Shown piece by piece: positions 53,101 to 64,000 of a stretch of 64,000 nt of DNA (positions within the stretch are counted from its first letter, which is position 1; each line of letters begins with the position of its first letter). The DNA comes from Intoshia linei. Its lineage: Eukaryota; Animalia; Orthonectida. Made by a program: the position numbers and the translations under genes. A model generated the notes under the pieces. It saw only the letters and a program-made list of their open reading frames with translations, was not told the origin of the DNA and did not search any database. Location: contig LWCA01000022.1 in NCBI GenBank assembly GCA_001642005.1, forward strand, positions 1 through 64,000, in the 5' to 3' direction.

Positions 53101-56100
53101 ATGGTATTTATATAATACTTTCCCAGTTAAGCTTTACGACTCGTGGTACATCGATTGATGTTCCAGTTTGGACAGATCGAGACGTTTTAAATTTTAGGAT
53201 ATGTACATTGAATAGACTCTTTCAAGATACAATTACAATACATAACAGGTTAGAAATAATCATAATACCAATAAAACAAATTAGAGCAAAATCGGCTTTG
53301 AAATTATCATTTGCTTTTAACGATAAACTTAAAAAATATTTGGAGGTTTTACCGACGAAGGGATATGTTCAAACGGATAATTCATTTAAAGCTCAAGTTA
53401 AATTTACTCCAGAGTACAATTGAATTTTCTATCAATTTTGTAATAATTTAGTAAGTCTTTGTTGGAATTGAAAGAATTTGTTGACTCAGAAAAATCATCA
53501 TTTGAAGCTACTATTACTATCATTGTACCAAATCAGGTTACTTACTTTTTATTATAAATTTAATTTCAATTTTTCTAATAATGATAACAAAATAATCTCT
53601 CTTGGTTTTGGTCACTTTAAGTAACTCTTTTTTATGTGTATACCCTTCTAAACTAGGCTCAATCTCAATGCATATAATTCAATTATAATTTATACGAAAT
53701 ATACATTTAGAAGCGACATGTAACTTTCAAATTGATTGCAATATTAACTACATGTGATATTATCATTAAACCAGATTTAATAGATTTTGGACATTGCACA
53801 GTCGACGAATCAGTTATTGCACCATTCACACTTACAAATATGTCAATATTACCTCAAAAATATGGATTTGTCAATTTACCTTCAGTAATTTTATATAAAT
53901 TGTATATATATATTTTATTTACTGTTAATTATGTATAAACAAATAGTATTTGGAAGTACAACCGAATGATGGATTTGGAACATTATTACCTCAACAAGAA
54001 ATGAAATTGGATATTATTTTAACGACAAAAGGTGCAACAAAGTACAATTATCTAGTTAAAATAAAAAATTTATTTAATCGGTAATTTGTTATGTGAATTT
54101 ATTTGACTATTAATATTTAGTTGCTTTTCGTTCAACATTACAGGTGTAGGAGTTTTGCCACCACTTCGATTTTCTTATAATTTTATCAAATTTGCTGCAA
54201 CTGCAGTTGGTGATATCTGTACTGAAAAAGTTCATTTAATTAATCATCATGTCAGTCTAAATCAGTTTACCCACCCTCTCCCCCGAATTGCAAATGGTAA
54301 TTAATTCAAATAAATGACAAGTATTTAATTTTACTAATGAATCTTATAGGTAAGCCATTACCGATTGGTCCCATTTCTTACGAATTTAAACTTGAAAAAG
54401 ATATTCCAATTTCTATTTCTCCTATTGTTGGAGTCATATATCCAAAGTGTGTAAGTATTAGTTCATCTTTAAAGAGTTAATATTATTGAAAATTTTTTTC
54501 GATTGAATTATACTCGAGTGCACCTATCCCTGTAGTATACAAAGATAGAGATATCTTATAATAATAATATATTTAATTTACAAATAATTTTTCAACAATG
54601 AGTCAAATAGTTGTACTTTCAGTTATTTTTACCAATTAATTCCCATTCCTAATGATCACTGACCATTAGCACTATTAAAAAATAAAATGACAAATTTTTT
54701 TACTTTCTCATAATCATGATATTAATATTTTAATACACAATGTATAAAGTAAACTATTATTAAATTAGGAAAAAACAATAAGATTTCGTTTTATACCAAA
54801 AATCTTGGAATCGGACATTGAAAAAGAAATGGTACTAATTAGCAAAGAATCTAATCTTAAAAAATCGGAATTGCATAAATCTAATGATAATTTACGAAGT
54901 GTAGCCTATTTACGACTTATTAAGAAATATGAAAAAAACGTAAAAATGTACAGTATTCCATGTTTTATCACTCTTGGAGATTGTGAAAAAGGAGACGTTG
55001 GAAAATGTTTGTAATGCCTCATTGCATATTTTAATTTTTAAATATAAAAAATAATTATTATTTTAATATTAATTTAGATTCGAACACACTCTTTATGTTC
55101 GACTAAATTGTCCAATAATTCGACCAGCAATAACAATTTTGTCAGGTGGTACAAATAATACTGTTGATTTTGAAGAAATTCCTATTGGAATAACTAAATC
55201 AAAAATTTTAACTATACAAAATATTAATAAAGAAGTGATACATGTAATTTTTCATTATTTATAAATATATTGTCATTAGTTACATTCCTCCATATTAAAT
55301 CCAACGGGGCCATTTGAAATGTTAAATACACTTTCTGAAATGATGCCCAATGAAATCATGTCTATAAAATTCAATTTTCATCCCACCAAAGAAGGAAAGG
55401 TTTTATTAGATAAAAATATACATGCATAATAAACATTGATTAGTATCAAGAATATTTCAAAATGTTTTGCAAAAATTATAGCATCAATGTTGCCATAAAG
55501 GCTGAATGTGTTAAACCATTTCTTGAAATATCATTAACCGATCAATATCGAATGGGTCCTCTGTTAGAAAATGATTATGAAGAACAGTATTTTACAGTAA
55601 TTTTTATTATCATTTTTTTAATACATAAGATTAATATTTAATAATATTCAGATATGCAATAAATCGCGTTTGAATACAAGCGTGAGTATAGAAATAGCCA
55701 GTCAAAAAATTACTCATTATAGTTATAGCCAAACACTACCTCCTTATATTCAAGATACTGTAAAGTGTAAAAAATATAATGTTGGAGTTCAAAATTATAA
55801 TGGAACTCCTGTATTTGATGTTATACCCTGTAAAATTGATTGTTTGAAGGCTGGTATGTATATAATTACATTATGGACAACCTTTTAGTACTACATTTTT
55901 TCTAGTTATTTTTGTAGTTTTGTTTTTATTTTTGTAGTCATTTTTATCGCTGCGCGGTTCTATTGTAAACATTTTTTCACCTTTTGCCATTGTTGTATAC
56001 GGAAATAAATTTTTTTGAATAATTATGACGCAATGGGTTGTCGACCTATGTTACTGAATCGATATAATTTTAATAGGTGAAGAAAAAACGTTGTGTCTGT

Positions 56101-57111
56101 CTTTCTCAGCTGATCATATCAGTAACAGTTATGCCGACATTATGAAAATAACATTAGGCGGTCAGGTATAAAAATTATTAATAATTTTTACATGAACTGC
56201 ATAGAAAGAATCAATAGATATAAACTTGTTTGGTAAAGTGAAATCGAATTTTATATATCTCGAAAATGAAGACGACGATGACTTCAATTTAGATGAATTT
56301 AACATTGGAAAAATAAATATAAATATACCCTCAGAATCTGAATCAAAACATATTGTAGCCAAGGAAAATGAACCCATCGTATTGAAACTTTTTAGTCGAA
56401 TAGAAAATAATTTGTTCAATCATGTTTCAAAAAATATAATTGTGGGTTGTGTCAAATCAAGTACCATTGCGAAAAAGGTATATCGTTTACTTATATAAAA
56501 TTGAATGTCTGTGTGTGTTACCGTATATTTAAAAAATTAACGGTCGTAGAATTAAAAAAACAAAATGTCTAATACAGTTTTTCGTATGGGATGTTGATTT
56601 ATGTTGATTTTTCTGAATTTGAGTTCTTCAGGTCAAAACAATAAATTACCCTTTGTTTTGAAAAGTATTGATAATAATGAAGAGTAGCATTTTTAAGTTA
56701 GATTTTATTATTGTATTTTCTTTTATAGAATAAAAAATTCGCCCTCGGCAAAGCTAGGTGCTGTTTGTACGAAGTACTTAACAGTCAAGCTAAAAAAAAT
56801 AAATAATTGTTGTTATAAATAAATTTAATATCTACTTTAGACTGGAGACTGGTTCTGTGACAATATGAACAATCTTGCTAATTATGGATTAACAGTTGAT
56901 AACATTAAGGTTTTTTATAACTAAATATTATACCAATAAATTAAATTAGGGCTCATTAGAAAAAGGTCAAGAACAAAAAATAAAAATTAGTTGGAATCCA
57001 CCTATAAACACCAAAGTTAATCAAGAAATTAATACAAGTTTTAACATATCCTGTAAATCAGATACAACAAATGTCTATAAAATTGAATTGGTTTGTCTAG
57101 TTGAAAATTAA
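44112..57111 (+). CDS. CFAP74: Cilia- and flagella-associated protein 74-like (N-terminal coiled coil plus multiple ASH/Ig-like domains)
   Basis: More than 25 short exons: coiled-coil exons at 44609-47465, then YSTPNEIVFK|DFEINKGY..LTNIS|FTPPGKMSAGLSC..FNPK, GPIDI.VKC..KC, IDFGHCTVDESV..LTNMSILPQKYGFVNLP|LEVQPNDGFGTLLP, HPLPRI, LNPTGPF, QNYNG..VF; stop TAA at 57109-57111. The first exon and some internal boundaries are uncertain. Confidence 0.82.
49672..51098 (-). mobile_element. Buster-type hAT derivative carrying nested insertions
   Basis: TIRs CAGTAATTCTCAA / TTGAGAATCACTG; perfect TSD CTCTAGAG at 49664-49671 and 51099-51106. Minus-strand transposase C-terminal remnant at about 50550-50980 (YFP...YDWIRNKF; CEVGFSTL..IK). 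Confidence 0.85.
50073..50429. mobile_element. Nested hAT MITE
   Basis: Left TIR CAGTGGTTCCCAA, right end TTTGGCACTG; TSD TCTTAAAA / TCTTAAAG. Confidence 0.7.
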
Positions 57112-57157
57112 ATAATTAAAATTTAATTAAAAGTACATTTTAAAATGTTTTAAACTG

Positions 57158-60100
57158 TTAAAATTTTAAATAATTGCTTGTAGCTCTAGGATTTTTTAAC
57201 AATTTATCAATTTGATGAGATGGTAAAATGTATTGCGATAACTTGGTGCAATTTTCTTCTGGTTTTTCTCTATGTAAATTATCATTATTAGAAATAAAAA
57301 AAAATTAGAAAAATACCTCTTATAGTTGTCTATTGATTCTAGTAATGACACCAAATCTTTTCTATTCATATTAGAATGTTCAAACTATATAATTTATAAT
57401 GTTTAAAAAGTGGTATTTAATTATTACATTGTCTTCGATTTCTTCATAAACTTTAGATAGTTTATAATCAATTTCTTTCAATTTTCTTTTATTTAATTTA
57501 TTTTCTATAAATGATTGAATATTTATGTCTCTATGTGATGATTCATTATCTAAATTAATTAATTTTAATTAATATATTGATTTTAATTTACATTCTTAGT
57601 ACATTTTTGGATAAAATGTACTGATTACGAGTTTTCTTTATTTTAAAAATGAATTTATTTAAATATTTACTTTCAAAATTGCTATCTGTCGAACTTGGTG
57701 TTTTGGTATTTAACGAAATTGTCGATAAATTATCAATATAACTACTAGTTTCATCGGATGTTTTATTTAAATCAGATTGAAAAGAAAACTCTGATTCTTT
57801 TCTTTTATTGCTCAAAATCTCCAATCTTTTTGATATTTCACTTACTGTAGTTTCATTCTTATTGTCATATTCAAATACCCTTTCTGGTAAATTGGCGATT
57901 TTCTAATAAAATGAATTAAAAATTATACATGACTAGGTTGACTGTTATGTACTACGTACAAACAGGACCTAGCTCTATCGACGGCACATTTTTTATTATA
58001 CTTAAAACATAAATTCACGTGGAAAATCCAACTTAAAAATCCTACTACATACCATTCACTGTATCAATCTTTTAAAGTAGTGGTTTCCAAATTTGCTTCA
58101 GGTGGAACATCATATCACATTACTTACTACTTTAAAGTGATTATTCCATCTTAATTTTTTGTTTGGAAACATTTGCGTAAAGAATTTTAAAAACAATTAT
58201 TATCATATTTTTTTAATTTATTGGACAAAATGTGTGTATAATATTAAAAATAAAGTCAAAACAGTCCAATCCTATAAATTGTAATATATAGCATAAATTC
58301 CAGAAAAAATAAAATTATAAAAACCTATTGTCATTTTCAATATGCCTAATAATTAACCGAATCTTCACTTTATAAACATATTTCAGGCAAATTTTACCAA
58401 TATTAAAAAGAATTGTAATAAATATAAAAATAATATTAATGTTTATTATTTCATTCCGTTTTCATTAAAAAAAGAAGGGTAATTTGGGGTTTTGGCCCTG
58501 AAGATATTTTTTTAAATTTAAATTTATGATAATGTTCATGATTATAAAATCCGTATCAGCGTATATATTTTTTAAATTCTTTAACTTGTTTGATTGTCAA
58601 AAAAAGGACAATTGGGGTTTTTGAACCGTAAGATGTGAGTTTGGGATGTTGAAATTTATTTTGCGAATACATTGGAAAAACTGTAATTGAAATGTGGACT
58701 TTATAAAATTCTAAGACTGGTAGTTATTTCAATAAAATAGAACACACACACAAACAAATATTGCGTAGCATATTATATAAGTACAGATAATGTTGTATTG
58801 TGCATAATGTATATTCAAATCATTAAATTTAAGCCCAAAATACATTTTTAAAATCATATAAAGAATTTTGATAATTAAAAATTAGTAAATGAGTTGTAAA
58901 TTCTTACATAGCAAGCTTCATCAGATTTTTTTTCTTGATCGTCTTCCATATCCGATAACAAATATTGTATTCTTTGCTTTTCATATTCAGTCATTTTTAT
59001 TACATTATTTGTGTCTTTTAGAAGCTAAGATGCATTGAATTATAATAGTTATTATCATTCCTAGGTGAGTGCTTCCCAAATGCCGGTTCGCAGGTATTTA
59101 CGATATTTAGAAAAAACCTTAAAAATGTAATATTAATCGTAAAACAGAATGTAATTGTAATATTTCAGCAACGTTTCTTATCACTTACCTTTTTGATGGG
59201 CCATAAAAAATTGATCAAAATGAAAAAATAAATCAACACATGTAATATTATTAAATACCACATTTGTTTGGTGTTCACTATCGATTTATCTTGTGTGTCA
59301 AGTTTCGCAAACCATATAAAAAGTGTTAAAAATAATAAGTAGGTGAACTATTTTGATTTAATTTTAAATTATAATTTGTACATAAGTTCAATTCACTCTT
59401 TCCACAATAATTTGTGATACTTTTTTAAATTACCTCTTTATTTCTAGTGATGAAATTTTTTTCGTAAACTTTTTTGTTTTCGTTTTTTACATTATTCTCA
59501 TTGTCGATAGTTTTCTTTTTGATAGGATTATCTTTTGTGTACAATTGAATTTCGGTAGACTGTAAAAATTCACAATTATTTTCATAATTTTTATTTGTTG
59601 GAGTTTTAAAGTGATTTACGCATTCTTTAAATTTATTTGACATTATTGAAGCCAATTTCCCCGAAATATTTTCCAATGATTTTAATAATCTATTAAATTA
59701 ATATATATTTAATATATTAGAATATGTATAAATAAATTTTAAACAAAATCTCGTAAAATAAGTTTTAAATACGAATTATCACATATCAGTTTAATTGAAA
59801 TTTCAAAAAGTGAGGAATATATAAACTAAAAACTGGGAATCGTAGCATAAAATAAAAATTATGCATTGTTCACGATTTTCACATCATTGTAATTACCTTA
59901 ATATCTTTATTAAAATAAAATAAAAGTTACTAAATTGGTGTGTCGGTCTGTATGTAACCATTTATTCGAAAATATAATTTAAGTTTAAATATTTTAAATT
60001 TTTACAACCGTAGAAAGTAAGATAAATTTCACTGTCACAATTTACAGCTTCATGTTTAAAAAACCAAGTTTTTCCTTATTTTATATATAAAAAAATTATC

Positions 60101-60451
60101 AGTCACTGAATTTAAAAAATAAAAAGATTATAATACAGTTTTTCAATCATAATGCAAATAAAGTTGCACCTTTTCGCTCAAACCCAAAACCGCAAATTAC
60201 CCATTATTGAAAATAATAAAAATTTTTAATAACCAAGCTACAATTATAAAATTACAATTTGTACACGGTAGAACAGTAAGATAATACGATAATAATAATA
60301 ATGAATGAAATTTGGGAAACTTTTCATCCGATTGAAATCGTTCCATTTGAATTTTTTTCAGTAATGTATTTGATACATGTAATTTTTCATCCAAACTTTT
60401 AATTTCTGCCAATTTTTGTTCAATTTTTTTATCTGTACAGTTTTCTTTCAT
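57158..60451 (-). CDS. Fibrous sheath-interacting protein 1-like coiled-coil protein
   Basis: Phase-compatible exons at 60451-60288 (LAEIKSLDEKL), ~59690-59434 (KNFITRNKE), ~59025-58908 (VIKMTEYEKQRIQYLLSD), ~57902-57592 and three short 3' exons ending at TAA 57160-57158. The motifs resemble FSIP1 NFI.RN.EL...M...EK.R...LL.D. Confidence 0.6.
57933..58787 (-). mobile_element. Helitron family A, internally deleted copy with both termini
   Basis: Minus strand reads A|TCTGTACTTATATAATATGCTACG...(TG)n...GTACATAACAGTCAACCTAG|T. Confidence 0.8.
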
Positions 60452-60686
60452 TGATACTGACTATATTAACAGAAATAATATTCATAAATAGTGTAATGGC
60501 AATGAAAACAAAACATTGTTGCCAATATATATGTAAAATGCATTTAAATTTTAAATGTACCATTAAACATGTATTTTTACAACAAATACAATCACAAACA
60601 ATTACTGTAACATGCCAAATGTAAAGATAATAATCATAATAAAAAATTTATTTTTAATACAAACATTACAATTTATTAATATTTTT

Positions 60687-63487
60687 TTAATTTATTTTTT
60701 CAAAACACGTTTTATAGATTCGAATCGATCGGAACCCCAAAAAAAATCTGTATTGTTGACCAAGAAATGAGGTGCTCCAAATCCCTACATTATTTATTAT
60801 TTATATCTGTTTATATAATTTTTTAACTTATTTTATATAGTAAGGATTAAAAAAGTAAACATTACTCCTAATTTTAAAAGTTGATTAGTGTTTTCTTTGT
60901 AAATTTTAATATATTCTTCATTTTCAATAATTTCTTCAATTTTAATTCTTTCTAATAAATTCAATTTTCGTGCAATCTAAAGTTTTTATATTTCAAATAA
61001 TAATAAATAAATTAATATTTCAATATAAGTGACCTACAGAAAATAATATCTAAGACTCATACTCATAGATAGACTTAAAATGTGCGTATGACAGCGTGTA
61101 ACATGGCTATTTGCACTATTTTACATATAAGTAAATACTAAAACCTACATATACAGTTAAAACCGTCACGGCGTTACGTGCAAAAAATATGACTATAAAT
61201 TTGGTTCAAAATACGCATAAAATGTTACGGCGTTAGGAATTAAATTATTATTAACGTTATACATTTATGGTATTAATAAATTGCAAATTATAACCACAAA
61301 ACGGTGCTTTATATCTATGTTCTGATAAATTAACACAACTAATTATATATTTTAATAATTAACTCATGTTTTTAAATTCTAACCGCATTTTGTTTACGCA
61401 CATTCGATAGAATTTTATTTTCTGAACCTTACCATGTACTGTTATTAATTTTTTAGTCAAGATGCATTCCTTTTGAGCATGTATTTTAAAATATACATTG
61501 TAGTATATTTTATTTTTTTATACCATAATATCTTAGGAGCCTTTTAAATTTTCTATAATAATTTTGTAATATCCTGAAAATATACAAATTTAATCAAACT
61601 AACAAACAACCTAAAAAGAAATATGGTAGCATATAATTTAAATTGATCGTTTTTTTAATTTTTGACAGATAATAGCTCTCATATTGATTAGCGCTTGCTT
61701 TTAATAATTATAATTATTAATACAATATGTATGCCGCTATCGATCCTCGAAGGAAAGGTTCTAATTTAAGAAAATTACAAGTACAAGTAATTGATAAGTA
61801 ACGGTCCAACATGGTAAGTTTAAAAATTTAAAAGATAAGAAAGACCATAGTAAAAGTATTTGTTATTAAAACAGTTTTTTTAAAAAAAATTTAAAAAAAG
61901 ATTAAATTCAAATAATTATTAATATAATAAATTTAGTTTAAATAATTGAACCGGTTAATGAATTTTTAAAGATATTTTACGGAGAGGTAACCTCATTTCT
62001 GCATGATAATCTATAATATATTGATATATATTCATTTTTTATATCACTGCTAAAAACGGGTGCCAAATTGTAACAACATCAATTAAAATATTATATAAAT
62101 ACGTATTTCCATTAATTTTATTAAACCATACCTTTTTTAATATTAATATATCTGCTATATTGTTATTCTAAAAAAAGTAACTATATATTAAAATTTAAAA
62201 GTTACTAAATTTCAGTTCATAGCTTACTTAGTAAGCTATTCAGGGATGGGCATCTGCGGCCTTTTAGAAAAATTTTAATTGACAATTCAAAAAACGATAT
62301 ATTGCCTTGAGAAGTAGTTTATCTGATAATAAATGCATCTTGAATTTGAAATCTGACTTTTTTTCTCAATATTCTTGCCATATATAAGATTCATCAATTT
62401 TTTTATTTTTAAAGAAATAGAAATTTTTCCCCCCATTTAGTTAAATATTTATGTCTGTTTGTCTGTCTAGCTGATATCGTTTATTTAAGAAAATAACAGT
62501 ATTAAAGTTTTAAAAATTATATATTTCTATAACAGTTTTTCGAGAATGTTGTTATAACTAAAATTTTGACATTCAGAAATTAAGTCCTTAAAGGTCAAAC
62601 ACCCAAATTGTTTTTTTTAATAAATTCAAACCCGTTCTAGAATTATAAAAAATACACATTCTGATAGACAGTTTTAAATTCATCACATAATGATAATTTT
62701 CAATTTCAAAATCTTTATCTTCACGGCCAAACCCCCAAATTACCCTTTTTTGTAATAATTAAGAAATTCATCAATCTAACTTATATGATAAAAATTCTAC
62801 TATTCACTGACTCGCTTGATTTTTAAAAAAAAGACAATTGGGAGTTTTGACCCTTAAGATGTGAGTTTGGGAAATTAAAATTTATCTTATTATAAATGGC
62901 GAAAAAAACTGTAATTGAAATGTGGACTTTACAAAATTCTAAGACTGGTAATTATTAAAATAAACGGTAACACACATACATTCTGTGATGATTTTTAAAT
63001 TCATGACGGATATTCATCATAAACAGACATAGATTTTTAACCATTTTACTTTATACAAGTAAGGATAATTCATAAATATACCAGTAAAATAATAAATATC
63101 ACAAAAATTTACTTGTACAAAAAACGATTTCCAAATTTCTCGAACTGTATCTTCAATCTTATCAGGGTATTTCAATTTTGTAAATATAAGTAAAATGTTT
63201 GCATGTTGAGTGCTTTTTTCGAAAACTTTTTCAATATTCTAAAATATGTATGCCGATAAATATGATTAATTAATTATAAATATTGTTAATATTCTATTAA
63301 CCATACAATTTATTATATATTTATGTGGCAAAATGTATAATTTTTAGTTGCATGAAAATATTTTTAAAAAAAATTAAAATTACCTCTAAATCAGTGTTAT
63401 ATTCAATATTGTATAACGATAATTGTCTTTCCAAGTCTAGAATCGTATAATCAAATTTATTTTGACAAAAAGTGGAAGGAATATTAT
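60687..63487 (-). CDS. GSTK1: Glutathione S-transferase kappa (DsbA/HCCA-isomerase-like), 3' part; 5' exons not found in the window
   Basis: Exons ~63487-63384 (NIPSTFCQNKFDY..LDL), ~63238-63113 (EKST..ANILL...KYPDKIE..VREIW), 62167-62132 (NNNIADILILKK), ~60976-60866 (YKENTNQLLKLG) and ~60785-60687 (GFGAPHF...FFWGSDRF, stop). Confidence 0.85.
61055..61645. repeat. Dispersed repeat family B, uninterrupted copy
   Basis: Colinear with 5748-6560 plus 7985-8130, and lacks the Helitron. Confidence 0.75.
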
Positions 63488-64000
63488 CTATATTTTAAAT
63501 TATTAATACTAAAATTACTACAGCATAATAAAATCCTTATTTAAGAACAGATAATCGACATCACCTCCAGTGATTCCATAGTGGTTTACAAAAAAATTAT
63601 AAATATTTTTTAAATTCATCTTTAGTTTTTACTCATAATTTCCGTAAAATCTTGTTTTTTTGATTTTGTTGAAAAAATTCAGGTACTTAGTATATTTTTT
63701 AATTACTCAATGAATCGACAATGCACACATTATTTTCGCTGCAAATCGGCAGGTTTGTGGTTCGTACATCTTCTACGTCACCATACATTTAATTTCATTA
63801 ATTAATATTTGTAAAAAAAATTATCTACTTATACAATCAATTAATTGTAAGTTAATTATTATTATAATCATTAAAACAATTTCAGGAATGTCAACAATGT
63901 TAATCATTTGAGGAATTGTTGATACATTTTAAGAATGATAATTTACAGAATGCATGTAAAATGCGATCATTGCAATAATTTCACATAATGCATTCCTCAA

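Noticed and set aside
60197-63487. One long minus-strand gene at the right end of the window
   Set aside because: The GST-kappa exons end at a stop at 60687-60689, so the FSIP1-like gene is separate.

Overview
This is very AT-rich metazoan nuclear DNA. Many introns are only 35-45 nt, and the larger ones are filled with transposons. The compact style resembles a reduced animal genome such as an orthonectid's, but that is inference only. Protein genes assembled by hand from splice signals and motifs are: the 3' part of a type-I diacylglycerol kinase (+), a GLUT/SLC2-type transporter (+), brahma/SMARCA2-4 (+), COX6C-like (-), a 90-aa orphan (+), RBMS/shep-like (+), DHFR (-), CFAP74-like (+), FSIP1-like (-) and the 3' part of a GST-kappa (-). 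Non-coding RNA genes are a divergent but structurally intact U2 snRNA (23482-23669) and a tight minus-strand cluster of four very small box C/D snoRNAs (25896-26206). The snoRNA guides match those of vertebrate GAS5-hosted U76, U74, U79 and a second U74. Here the spacing implies at least partly polycistronic processing, next to candidate non-coding micro-exons and head-to-head with brahma. This cluster is the strongest candidate for an undescribed system. Mobile DNA includes an abundant non-autonomous Helitron family with an in-window empty site, several hAT/Buster MITEs with 8-bp TSDs, decayed hAT and Chapaev3-like transposases, and an integrase-tail/PHD fragment joined to an unknown ORF. All homology calls are from motif recognition; no searches were run.
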